Part shown: positions 1-9,001 of the stretch, one piece after another | Numbering within the stretch: position 1 is the stretch's first letter | How the letters are laid out: every line of letters starts with the position of its first letter | Origin: an uncultured Thermococci archaeon | GTDB taxonomy: Archaea > Methanobacteriota_B > Thermococci > Methanofastidiosales > B48-G16 | DNA length: 64,000 nucleotides | Direction of reading: 5' to 3' | Assembly (NCBI GenBank): GCA_964595645.1 | Contig: CAZQQT010000006.1 | Location: 97,115 to 161,114 of the forward strand | The notes under the pieces: model-generated | The model's input: only the letters and a program-made list of their open reading frames with translations | Told to the model about the DNA's origin: nothing | Databases searched by the model: none | Program-made: the position numbers and the translations under genes

Positions 1-1
1 T

Positions 2-742
2 TCCGAGCATGATCAGCGCGTCCATGTTGGGCGAACGGTGAAGGAATGATCTCACCGCAGATCCATACGTCTCCCTCCCTGCGTAGAACAGAATAGGCAT
101 CGCAAGTACGACCATACCCGTGTTATATACAACCTCACCGCCAATCATAATGCCAAAGAACATTTCAGGGATCATCCATGCAATAATTGGAATGGTCAAT
201 GCCCACGCCACATAGGCCTTCCGCTTCGATCGTTCCACCTTTTCAATATCTTTCTGTATTACGTCTTTTTCTTCTACCTGCTCTTTGAGCCATGACTCAG
301 GGACATCATACCCTGTGGTTCTCACTGCCTCCACCATATCCCGCCTGTGTACCTTTCCCGGAATGTATCGGATTGTCGCCTTCTCAGTAGCTAAATTCAC
401 ATTGGCCGATATTACACCATCGAGACGTTCCAACGCCTTTTCATTCGCTTGTGCACACGCAGCACAGGTCATCCCCTCAATGGGCATATCGATTTTCTCT
501 CCTTCTGCCACCGAGTATCCTGCAGCCTTCACCGCCTCTTCAATTTTATCCATTTTTACCGTATCTGGATCGTATGTGATGGATGCCTGGTCAGTGGCAT
601 AACTCACACGTGGAGACTCAATACCCTCCACACCTTTCAACGATTTCTCTATTGTTTTTGCACAGGTTTCACAGTGCATTCCTGTGATAGGGACGATTTT
701 CTTTTGTTTTTTCTTCCTTTTGTTCTTCTTTTCTTCAGTCAT
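2..742 (-). CDS. copA: Heavy-metal (Cu+) P-type ATPase, N-terminal part; runs off the window edge
   Basis: Read by hand (not in the ORF track): MTEEKKNK...ITGMHCETCAKTIE...IEGMTCAACAQANEKALERLDGV (two HMA GMxCxxC domains), then TM helices and the SPNMDALIML motif. Confidence 0.9.
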   Translation of the reverse strand, partial: MTEEKKNKRKKKQKKIVPITGMHCETCAKTIEKSLKGVEGIESPRVSYATDQASITYDPDTVKMDKIEEAVKAAGYSVAEGEKIDMPIEGMTCAACAQANEKALERLDGVISANVNLATEKATIRYIPGKVHRRDMVEAVRTTGYDVPESWLKEQVEEKDVIQKDIEKVERSKRKAYVAWALTIPIIAWMIPEMFFGIMIGGEVVYNTGMVVLAMPILFYAGRETYGSAVRSFLHRSPNMDALIMLG

Positions 743-774
743 TATTTTCAACTCCAAAAAAATAAAAAAAGAAA

Positions 775-933
775 TTATTCGACACCGAGATATTCTCGTG
801 GATCCTCCTCAAACATCTTCTTGCATCCAGGAGCACAGAAGTAGTACGTTTTTCCATTGTACGTACTTGTATACTCCGCTTTCTCGGGGTCGACGTCCAT
901 GCCGCATACAGGATCTTTTGCCGTATTGATCAC
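775..933 (-). CDS. YHS-domain small metal (copper) chaperone, about 50 aa
   Basis: Manual translation (V)INTAKDPVCGMDVDPEKAEYTSTYNGKTYYFCAPGCKKMFEEDPREYLGVE*; DPVCGM...YYFC..GC...F signature; directly upstream of copA. Confidence 0.9.
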   Translation of the reverse strand: MINTAKDPVCGMDVDPEKAEYTSTYNGKTYYFCAPGCKKMFEEDPREYLGVE

Positions 934-1050
934 CTAGTTTCTTTTCTACAAAATATAACGGTGTTATACTTTAAAAAGGTTTCTGAAAAAAATTTAATAC
1001 TGAAGAAATAAAGAGTACAAGTAAACCTTATTAACTCGGAACCACACTGT

Positions 1051-1455
1051 ATGAATATGGTGAGGAAGAATCCCATAGAGGATGCACATCTTCTCTATAT
1101 CGCCTTCATAATTGTTGTAATGATCACCGCAACAGTTCTCATCGTTGAAGGTGTGTTTACCCAGGGGGAGGCTAGTAATCTTCACACTGAAGAAACATTA
1201 TCAAACTTAAAGGTGGAGATTCTCTCTTCAAACAATTTGGAAATAAGCCTTAAAATAACAAACAAAAGCTTTTCAACAATTAAAAAGTCTCAAATACACT
1301 TTTACTGGGAAAAAAAAGAAATTCAACCTTTAATACATCCCGAATCTCCACTAAAAAAGGGGGAATTCTGGATAGTGAAAATAAAAGAGTATAAAAAAGG
1401 TGAACTACGAGTATTCAATAACAATAAACTCATCTACAGCCACCAATTTCCATGA
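1051..1455 (+). CDS. Hypothetical membrane-anchored or secreted protein
   Basis: 134-aa ORF with one N-terminal hydrophobic helix and a beta-rich remainder. Confidence 0.6.
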   Translation: MNMVRKNPIEDAHLLYIAFIIVVMITATVLIVEGVFTQGEASNLHTEETLSNLKVEILSSNNLEISLKITNKSFSTIKKSQIHFYWEKKEIQPLIHPESPLKKGEFWIVKIKEYKKGELRVFNNNKLIYSHQFP

Positions 1456-1500
1456 TGAAATCGGCTCGCTGATACCATGATGAAGATTTTGAGTCGCTGA
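1452..1500 (+). ncRNA. Box C/D 2'-O-methylation guide sRNA
   Basis: ATGATGA (C, 1452-1458), 10 nt, CTGA (D', 1469-1472), 4 nt, ATGATGA (C', 1477-1483), 13 nt, CTGA (D, 1497-1500); all four boxes match consensus with canonical spacing. Confidence 0.88.
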
Positions 1501-1524
1501 GAATGGCTGTTCACAACCAACGCG

Positions 1525-1992
1525 TTAAAACGTTCGTTTTACTCTCTCTTTTATTATTTCTTTGAGATGTTGTTTATACGTATCGGAGATATCCAGTGAT
1601 GTGAGCTCTCTGAACGCAATCTTTCCAATCTTTATTTTAAATGCTGTCTCTCCCGTGATTCTGTCGGTGATTTTTCTCACAGCATACGCAATAAGTCCAA
1701 CAATGGGACCGCCATGGAGTCCTGCTAAACTGATTTCTTTGAGATCGAATGCTTTCCTATCGAGTTCTATCCACTTCTTCCCTTCCTTTTCTTCCCGCAT
1801 CTTCTCAATCACAGCAACATATAAGAGCCTTGACGTGAAGATCTGTTCCGGTGTATCACTCCTCAGAAGGTCCTCTGCACGACGCAACACCTTTCTTGTG
1901 TCCTCATGCTCGGCATATGCCATGGCCTTTTCTATTTTGTAGGAGATGTCCTCCCTCATATCGTCAAGATAAGCCTCACTAAACTCTGCCAT
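1525..1992 (-). CDS. Hypothetical helical protein
   Basis: 155-aa ORF with protein-like composition, divergent from the TGT-like gene; no family recognised. Confidence 0.65.
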   Translation of the reverse strand: MAEFSEAYLDDMREDISYKIEKAMAYAEHEDTRKVLRRAEDLLRSDTPEQIFTSRLLYVAVIEKMREEKEGKKWIELDRKAFDLKEISLAGLHGGPIVGLIAYAVRKITDRITGETAFKIKIGKIAFRELTSLDISDTYKQHLKEIIKERVKRTF

Positions 1993-2157
1993 TGTATACT
2001 ATATTTGTATGCAAGAATAAAAAATTTTTGCATGCTTTTCTGTTTCATGATCTTTATATAATTTAATCGCGACAATGAAAAGAGATGCGAGAGATAACAA
2101 TTTACCATCCTGATAAGAAAGAGAACATAGAACCCTTTCCTTTTTATATGCTAGTCG

Positions 2158-3180
2158 ATGAATCATATTATGACGCAGAAAGTAATAAAAACAGCGCACG
2201 GGAAGATAGAAACTCCGGCACTTCTTCCTGTCTCCGCCGCCTCCTATGGCATATGGGACATCTGGATCGATGAAAAAAAATTTCCGGCGCCGTGGGAACT
2301 GGCCCAAGGGACGATTCTCAGTCTCTATCATATTCTTCGATATAAAAGAAAAGAAAAAATCCGTAAAAAAGGTATACACAACGTGTTAAATACAAAAAAA
2401 CCCGTTGTGATAGACTCTGGCGGATTCCAATACATGAAAAAGAACGCAGAGCTCGAACAGGAGTTTGTACTGAAATATCAGGAGGAAGCCGGCTGTGATA
2501 TCGGTATTACATTTGATTACCCTCTTGGTACAGGATTATCGTTAGAAGAAAAGAAAAAACGGATAAGAAAGAGTATAGAAAACTCACGCCGGGCATTGCA
2601 GCTAAAAAGTAAGAAAGATATGATGCTCTACTCAGCGGTTCACGGGCACGATCCAACTGATATAAGAGAGTATCTAAACACACTGGGGAACGGATTTGAC
2701 GGATACGCCGTGGGTTCGCTCGTTCCGAAAAAGAGAAACTATGAAACGCTGGTGGAAGTAATTGCAGCGGCACAAACGAAAAAACCACTTCATGTGTTTG
2801 GAATTACAGGATTTCCAGCACTCTTTGCACTGAGTTGTATTGGTGTGGAATCCTTCGATTCGTGGACCTATGTGGTAGCAGCAGCCTTTAAAGAGTATAT
2901 TCATCCAGAAACATTGAAACGGGTGAAACTCAGAGAGGTAACCAACCTTCCCGAATGTGACTGTTTTATTTGTGAGGAATACACCCTGGATGACTTTCTA
3001 GAGAGTTCAAGTGAGGCTGAAATTCTCATTGCGCTGCATAACCTCAATATCTTTCTTCGAGAGATGAAAATGATACGGGAAAAAATAGGTGAGAACGAGC
3101 TTGAATCGTACATCGCAAAAAAAGGAGAAAAAAACAGATCGGTGAAGAGAGCATTCACGATAGCAAAAAAATATATATAA
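2158..3180 (+). CDS. tRNA-guanine transglycosylase (TGT)-family protein, catalytic domain only
   Basis: HGKIETP, DSGGFQ, TFDYP, HVFG, FDS and Zn site CDCFIC...HNL; no C-terminal PUA domain. Confidence 0.85.
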   Translation: MNHIMTQKVIKTAHGKIETPALLPVSAASYGIWDIWIDEKKFPAPWELAQGTILSLYHILRYKRKEKIRKKGIHNVLNTKKPVVIDSGGFQYMKKNAELEQEFVLKYQEEAGCDIGITFDYPLGTGLSLEEKKKRIRKSIENSRRALQLKSKKDMMLYSAVHGHDPTDIREYLNTLGNGFDGYAVGSLVPKKRNYETLVEVIAAAQTKKPLHVFGITGFPALFALSCIGVESFDSWTYVVAAAFKEYIHPETLKRVKLREVTNLPECDCFICEEYTLDDFLESSSEAEILIALHNLNIFLREMKMIREKIGENELESYIAKKGEKNRSVKRAFTIAKKYI

Positions 3181-3199
3181 TACACACAATGTATGTAGT

Positions 3200-3862
3200 A
3201 TGATCACGCTGATCTCGGACATCCACGGGAATCTAGAAGCCCTTGAAGAAATTCTGCATCGTGCGAGAGGAGAGATCTTCTGTTGCGGCGACTTTGTGGG
3301 ATACGGTCCAAATCCTAACGAGGTAATAGAACTGTGCAGAGAAAAGGGAGTGAAAGGTGTTCTAGGAAATCATGATCACGCAGTCCTCCACGAGCCACGG
3401 GGCTTTAATATCTATGCAGAAAAGGCAATACGGTGGACAACATCCGTGTTGACCGAAGAAAATATGCAGTTTCTGAAGGATTTGAGTTTTAATATTGTTA
3501 CAGAAAGAAAAAATAAAACAATTTCAATCTATCACGGTTCACCTAGGAGTATTACTCGGTATATCTATGCAAACTATCCTGATTCTTACTTCACACCATT
3601 CCTGAAAGAGACCGATGTCATGGTGCTGGGACACACCCATGTTCCCATGGAAAAACGAATAGATAAAAAACTGGTGCTGAATCCTGGGGCTGTAGGTCAA
3701 CCGAGAGACAATGATCCCAGGGCGAGTATGTTCCTCTTTGATCCGGCAAAAATGACATGTCAAAAAAAGCGTATAGTTTACAATATCGATGCGGTGAAGA
3801 AAAAAATAATAAAAAACAAACTGCCAGACTTTCTATGGAAAAGACTTTATTCCGGAATTTAA
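3200..3862 (+). CDS. Calcineurin-like metallophosphoesterase (YfcE/MJ0912 type)
   Basis: SDIHGN, GDFVGYG, GNHD, HGSP, GHTHVP and NPGAVGQPRD motifs. Confidence 0.92.
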   Translation: MITLISDIHGNLEALEEILHRARGEIFCCGDFVGYGPNPNEVIELCREKGVKGVLGNHDHAVLHEPRGFNIYAEKAIRWTTSVLTEENMQFLKDLSFNIVTERKNKTISIYHGSPRSITRYIYANYPDSYFTPFLKETDVMVLGHTHVPMEKRIDKKLVLNPGAVGQPRDNDPRASMFLFDPAKMTCQKKRIVYNIDAVKKKIIKNKLPDFLWKRLYSGI

Positions 3863-3910
3863 GTAGTTATTCCAGCTTTTACCATCTTTTTCTCTTCCAA
3901 TTTAGTCTTG

Positions 3911-4174
3911 TTAGTCTTCTTTTGCCTCTTCTCCCTTAGTGAGTGTAATCTCACAAGTACTGACAGCTCTATCCTCGATGGTCTCCGTTCCTATCTCAAT
4001 GTTCTCGAGTTTCGCTTCCTGATAGAACCGATTCCGTGTTATCTCTGCAACATCTACTGCTTTCGATATATTTCTTCCTCTCGCCTTAATGACTACTTTG
4101 TCGTCGTTATTAAACCCTGTCACTACAGCCAATACATAAGCCATAGCACCCTTTTTACCTATCAATACATCCAT
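3911..4174 (-). CDS. albA: DNA/RNA-binding protein Alba
   Basis: [31 protein letters not shown]; GAGGTG RBS before ATG 4174. Confidence 0.93.
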   Translation of the reverse strand: MDVLIGKKGAMAYVLAVVTGFNNDDKVVIKARGRNISKAVDVAEITRNRFYQEAKLENIEIGTETIEDRAVSTCEITLTKGEEAKED

Positions 4175-4503
4175 TCTTGTCACCTCTTTGTTCAGTCTTT
4201 GAATCGTCTCTCAATTTTTGTGGGAGGAGTATATAAAACTTTCGGAAATAATGAATTAGAAATATATGAAGCGCTAAGAGAACAGGAAAATATTTGTTGT
4301 GGGATGTAATCTGTTGTTTAATGTTTGTTTTAGACATGTATTCATTTTTCTTTCTATTTTATGATCATATGCGTTTCGAAGGAAAGCATAGAGCCTTTTT
4401 GCCAACTAGCCGATCACGTAAAATTGTGTCTTTTCCACTCTTATAGTTCATCAAAACGAAAACTACTTAAAACTCAAAGAATATGCTGTAAAGAGGTAAT
4501 TCT

Positions 4504-4839
4504 ATGGTATTGGAGAGAACGAGTTTGGGATTAAAAGAAAATGTTGAAGGGGCACTTTGCTATGTGCTCGGATGGATAACAGGAATCGCATTTTTAATGT
4601 TAGAGGAGGAAAATAGATTTGTTCGGTTCCACGCAATGCAGTCGATTGTCACGTTTTTACCCTTGACAGTGATTACCGTGATCCTCAGTTGGATACCATT
4701 TATTGGATGGGTTATCGGACAACTGATACGAATACTCGCTCTCATACTTTGGTTGGTACTAATACTCAAAGCATATCAGGGAAAAATGTATAAGCTACCA
4801 ATCGCAGGTGATTTTGCAGAAGAGAACTTGTATAAATAG
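4504..4839 (+). CDS. DUF4870-like membrane protein
   Basis: ENVEGALCYVLGWITG...FVRFHAMQS...AYQG..YKLP.AG pattern, 3 TM helices. Confidence 0.85.
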   Translation: MVLERTSLGLKENVEGALCYVLGWITGIAFLMLEEENRFVRFHAMQSIVTFLPLTVITVILSWIPFIGWVIGQLIRILALILWLVLILKAYQGKMYKLPIAGDFAEENLYK

Positions 4840-4956
4840 AAATAACCCTAAAGACAAATAACAATGTTTTTACTAATTTTTAAAAAATTCCATTTCAAGC
4901 TCTGTACCACAGTCTCAAAGAACAACTTTTAAAACCTAGAAACAAAGAGAAATAGT

Positions 4957-6099
4957 ATGCAGTACCGAACATTTGGTAACCTTGACTGGAAGCCTTCGGC
5001 GCTGGGATTTGGCGCCATGCGGCTGCCATATGAAGGAGATGACAGAGGACAGATCGATGAGGATAAAGCTACTGAGATGATACGATACGCCATCGACCAC
5101 GGTGTGAACTACGTCGATACCGCATATCCATACCATGAAGGAAAAAGCGAGCCGTTTGTCGGCACCGTGTTGCAGGATGGCTACAGAGAAAAAATACGTC
5201 TCGCTACCAAACTACCTACATGGAAAATCGAAAGGCCCGATGATTTTGATACGTATCTCAATGAACAGCTCGAAAGATTGCAGACCTCATATATCGATTT
5301 TTATCTACTCCATGCACTGAATAAAAAGCGATGGGAGAAAATGCAGAAACACGATGTGCTGAAGAAGGCTGAAGAGGCACTTGCTGATGGAAGAATCAAT
5401 CATCTTGGATTTTCATTTCATGATGAATATCAAGTATTCAAAAAAATTGTCGACGCCTACGATTGGACCTTCTGTCAGATCCAGTACAACTACATGGATG
5501 AAGAGTACCAAGCAGGAACAAAGGGACTACAGTACGCAGCAGAAAAAGGACTTGCAGTAGTAGTTATGGAACCAATACGTGGTGGCCAACTCGCCCGAAA
5601 TCCGCCACAGGTCGTGAAAGATCTCTGGAATACCGCCGACAAAGAACGTGATCCTGCTGAATGGGCCCTTCAGTGGGTGTGGAATCATCCGGAAGTTTCT
5701 GTAGTGCTCAGCGGTATGAGCACCATGGAACAAGTGAAAGAGAACGTGATGAGTGCCGAACGCTCAGGTCCCAATACATTAACAAAAGATGAGCTGGATC
5801 TTATTGCAAAGGTACGCGACAAATACCAAGAACTCTGTCCCATTCCCTGTACAAAATGTGAATACTGTATGCCCTGCCCAAATGACGTGAACATCCCCCG
5901 TATCCTCGAAATCTACAATGAAGCAAACATGTACAATGACCTGGAAGGTGCACAACGATCATACAAGTTTCTGAATGAAGAAAAACGAGCAGACAACTGC
6001 GTTGAATGTGGAGAATGTGAAGAGAAGTGTCCTCAATCCATAAAGATACGGGAATGGCTCGCCAAGGCACACGAGCTTCTTAGTGTCTCCAAAGGTTGA
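4957..6099 (+). CDS. Aldo/keto reductase with C-terminal 4Fe-4S domain
   Basis: LGFGAMRLP, NYVDTAYPYH, ATKLP; CTKCEYCMPCP and CVECGECEEKCPQ. Confidence 0.95.
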   Translation: MQYRTFGNLDWKPSALGFGAMRLPYEGDDRGQIDEDKATEMIRYAIDHGVNYVDTAYPYHEGKSEPFVGTVLQDGYREKIRLATKLPTWKIERPDDFDTYLNEQLERLQTSYIDFYLLHALNKKRWEKMQKHDVLKKAEEALADGRINHLGFSFHDEYQVFKKIVDAYDWTFCQIQYNYMDEEYQAGTKGLQYAAEKGLAVVVMEPIRGGQLARNPPQVVKDLWNTADKERDPAEWALQWVWNHPEVSVVLSGMSTMEQVKENVMSAERSGPNTLTKDELDLIAKVRDKYQELCPIPCTKCEYCMPCPNDVNIPRILEIYNEANMYNDLEGAQRSYKFLNEEKRADNCVECGECEEKCPQSIKIREWLAKAHELLSVSKG

Positions 6100-6114
6100 A
6101 ACAAAAGATTTCAT

Positions 6115-6579
6115 ATGAATAATCTGAAGAATGTCAGAGACACTGTAATAGAGAATGGCTTCCCTGAGCTGATGGACGAAGATATTCGCATAGAATATAG
6201 CTCGTTAGAGGATGCTCTTCTTGTATATGGTGAACTCACCGAAGAAGGATTCTATATTGAGGTTGATACCTCACTTAACGACGCACCGAAGGAAGTAATA
6301 GAAGGAGGTATCGCCCACGAACTCTCTCATATTCTCATTGAAAAATTACAGAAAGAAAAAGGCATATTAGATAGAATAGCCTATAGGATCTCCCCACAGT
6401 ACAGAATATTGGACGAACGAAATACAGACTTACTGGTGGTTCTGCGAGGGTATGGTTCTCACCTGTTATCTTTCTTAAAGTACAGCGAAGAGAGGGGATA
6501 CCAGCACTACAAAGAAGATGGACTTTCTATCAGGGAAATAAAACAAATTATGTCTTTGAAGAACAGAAAAAAGAAATAA
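6115..6579 (+). CDS. Small zincin-like (HExxH) protein
   Basis: GGIAHELSHI motif with a downstream Glu (DERNTD). Confidence 0.65.
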   Translation: MNNLKNVRDTVIENGFPELMDEDIRIEYSSLEDALLVYGELTEEGFYIEVDTSLNDAPKEVIEGGIAHELSHILIEKLQKEKGILDRIAYRISPQYRILDERNTDLLVVLRGYGSHLLSFLKYSEERGYQHYKEDGLSIREIKQIMSLKNRKKK

Positions 6580-6595
6580 TGCACCGTCTCTATAT

Positions 6596-8008
6596 TTGAC
6601 AAAAGATTTAAATACTCTCCATCTACAGAATTTTTTAGGTGATCATGTGAGGGTTATAGAAACCTCAGAGAACGAAAATGTTGTTCTTGCCGATCTTTCT
6701 GATATTGACCATGAGCTAGACACCGTATATTTAAGAGCTGACATTAACGAGCCTCCACGACCATCATTACGGGTGGAACAGACTGTAAGAACAATTCTCT
6801 CTATACGGGAGCAACAAAAGAAAAAGGCAAACATACTATGTACGTCCCACTCTTCTCTTCCTAACGGAACACTCAAGGAAAATTTCGATATTTTAAAAGA
6901 AATGATGGAGCGAGAGATGGATCCCATCACGCCCGAAGTAAAAAATACAGTTTTTGTAGATTCTCTTGAAGAAATGAAAAAGGCAAATCAAGAAAATAAC
7001 GGATCGTTGATATTTCTGGATAATATACGAAAAGTAGTTCCCGAAGAAAAAAATCCACCGAAAAATTCCTCAGGTACGACGTTATGGAAAATGTTAAAAG
7101 ATACCGCAAAAATAAACGGCGCACTACCCACTGCTCATCGAGATCATCTTTCGTTGAGGTTATTTTCAGATGATTGTTACTGCAATAAGTATTTCGCACG
7201 AGAACTAGAAGATATCACGAAAATCTATAATAACTCTGATGATGATATTAAGGTGTGGGGAATCGCCGGAGCGAAAAGAGGAAAATTGAGCGCAATTCTC
7301 CTCACAGAGGGGAAGGAGGACCTACTAGTCTGTCTCGATGGTGGACCTATCTTTGTACTTCTTCTCTGGGCTCTTATTAAAAAAGCCTCTTCTCTAGGAA
7401 GAACGCTCCCTCACAGCATTGGCAAAATGAACAAAGAGCTTATAGAGAAGTTTTTTGGTGATAAATGGGACACAACTAAAACAGAGGCGCTAAAAATAGC
7501 TGAAATGATAGAAAATGGTGTTATAGATGTTATTCTTCCTATCGATATTATAATAGAAGATGAAAACGGTGTGGAAAAGGTTGTTGGGTTACGAGAAATA
7601 GATAGGGGAAAATTCATTTCTATTGGGCCAAACACGATAAAGATGATAGGAAACATATCGAGGAGAAGGGTATTCCTGCAAAATGGTTCTGTGGAACCGA
7701 GAAAAGCGCTGGAGGAGAAGTCCGAATCGATCACATACCTCCTGGTGAAGGCCCTGCTGAAACGGGTAGACGAACTATTCTTAAATGGTGGAGATACTGT
7801 CTCAGATATCCGTTCTCTGGAGAAAGAGCTGCAACTGGCAAAATATCGTAAAGATAAACTGCGAGAACTCGCAGTAGGTGGATTTGTTGTCCACTGGTGG
7901 AGATATCTACGAAGGGGAGGAACAATGCCTCCAGGAGTCGAATTTGCACAGATAGGCAGTTTAAGAAGTCTTTACAGGAAAAAGAGGAGACAACAGGATT
8001 TTACATAA
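6596..8008 (+). CDS. Highly divergent phosphoglycerate kinase-like protein
   Basis: PGK motifs appear degenerate but in the correct order: LRADINEP, TSH, DNIRK, TAHR, AGAK, LPID, IGPNT, QNG, NGGDT, PPGV. Confidence 0.7.
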   Translation: MTKDLNTLHLQNFLGDHVRVIETSENENVVLADLSDIDHELDTVYLRADINEPPRPSLRVEQTVRTILSIREQQKKKANILCTSHSSLPNGTLKENFDILKEMMEREMDPITPEVKNTVFVDSLEEMKKANQENNGSLIFLDNIRKVVPEEKNPPKNSSGTTLWKMLKDTAKINGALPTAHRDHLSLRLFSDDCYCNKYFARELEDITKIYNNSDDDIKVWGIAGAKRGKLSAILLTEGKEDLLVCLDGGPIFVLLLWALIKKASSLGRTLPHSIGKMNKELIEKFFGDKWDTTKTEALKIAEMIENGVIDVILPIDIIIEDENGVEKVVGLREIDRGKFISIGPNTIKMIGNISRRRVFLQNGSVEPRKALEEKSESITYLLVKALLKRVDELFLNGGDTVSDIRSLEKELQLAKYRKDKLRELAVGGFVVHWWRYLRRGGTMPPGVEFAQIGSLRSLYRKKRRQQDFT

Positions 8009-8029
8009 TATTATTGCAAGACAATACAA

Positions 8030-8998
8030 TTAAAACCGGGTAAAATCTTTAATTCCAAGAGAGATGCCGGTAATTGCACCAAAAAGTGTAGTGAGCCAGA
8101 ATGTAATGAACCTATCAAGGAGAGTGGCAGTGGTGGCGACAGCAAGTTCTACGTTAAACGCTTTAAGAGAGAGTATCATGAACCCTTCTATAGTACCAAT
8201 TCCACCGGGTGTGATGGGAATCATCCCCAGAACTAAGGAAAAAAGATAGACAACCACCACAGTAACAAACGAGATCTCGTAGTTGAGAGACTTAAAGATA
8301 ATGAAGAGTCTAAGAGGCTCTAAAAGCCAGCAGATCAGGGATAGCACTGCTGTAGTGGTGATAACCATGGGATGCCGTATCTCCCTCACACCATTCTGTG
8401 CTTTCTTCACAAACTCGAGTATCTCTTCTTTTTTTGATTTCAACGGCAGTGGCCGTAAAAGTGTACTGGCTACAGATACAAGCTTTCCCTTGAGTACCGA
8501 GTAATAGAAAAAGATGATCATGCTTAAAATGAATACAGCTGCCGCCATTCCAAGAGTGCCTATCTGTGCGGGCAGACGGTGAAATAACAGCCCGAGAGAG
8601 ATTGTGGTGATAGAGGCCAGAACAAGAAGATCGATCATTTTCTCGATGATGATTGTAGAAAATTTTCTTTCACGATCCAGATCGGAAATGAGCATGAACG
8701 CTCTCATCGGATCGCCAGCCACCCTTCCCGGTGTGATATTATTAATGCATATACCTGTGGAGACAACCCTATATATTCTGTGGAAAGGTGGGTTATCTCC
8801 AAGCACGGCCAAGAGAAGCTTCCACCTGAAGCTTCTGAGGCCGATAATGAAAAAATGCAGGCCGAGTGCCAGCACAAAGAGTGTGGTATCTAAACGCTGT
8901 ACCTCTTGGTATATATTTTCAAATCCAGCAAATTTAATAACAAAAAAAAGGACGAGAATTCCTAAAAGGAAAAGGATTATTTTTTTCTTCATCTGCAA
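8030..8998 (-). CDS. Lysylphosphatidylglycerol synthase TM / flippase-like (UPF0104) membrane protein
   Basis: RSFRW, NNITPGRVAGD..R, EK..D, PITPGGIGTIEG, LLDR motifs. Confidence 0.9.
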   Translation of the reverse strand: MQMKKKIILFLLGILVLFFVIKFAGFENIYQEVQRLDTTLFVLALGLHFFIIGLRSFRWKLLLAVLGDNPPFHRIYRVVSTGICINNITPGRVAGDPMRAFMLISDLDRERKFSTIIIEKMIDLLVLASITTISLGLLFHRLPAQIGTLGMAAAVFILSMIIFFYYSVLKGKLVSVASTLLRPLPLKSKKEEILEFVKKAQNGVREIRHPMVITTTAVLSLICWLLEPLRLFIIFKSLNYEISFVTVVVVYLFSLVLGMIPITPGGIGTIEGFMILSLKAFNVELAVATTATLLDRFITFWLTTLFGAITGISLGIKDFTRF

Positions 8999-9001
8999 CT
9001 C

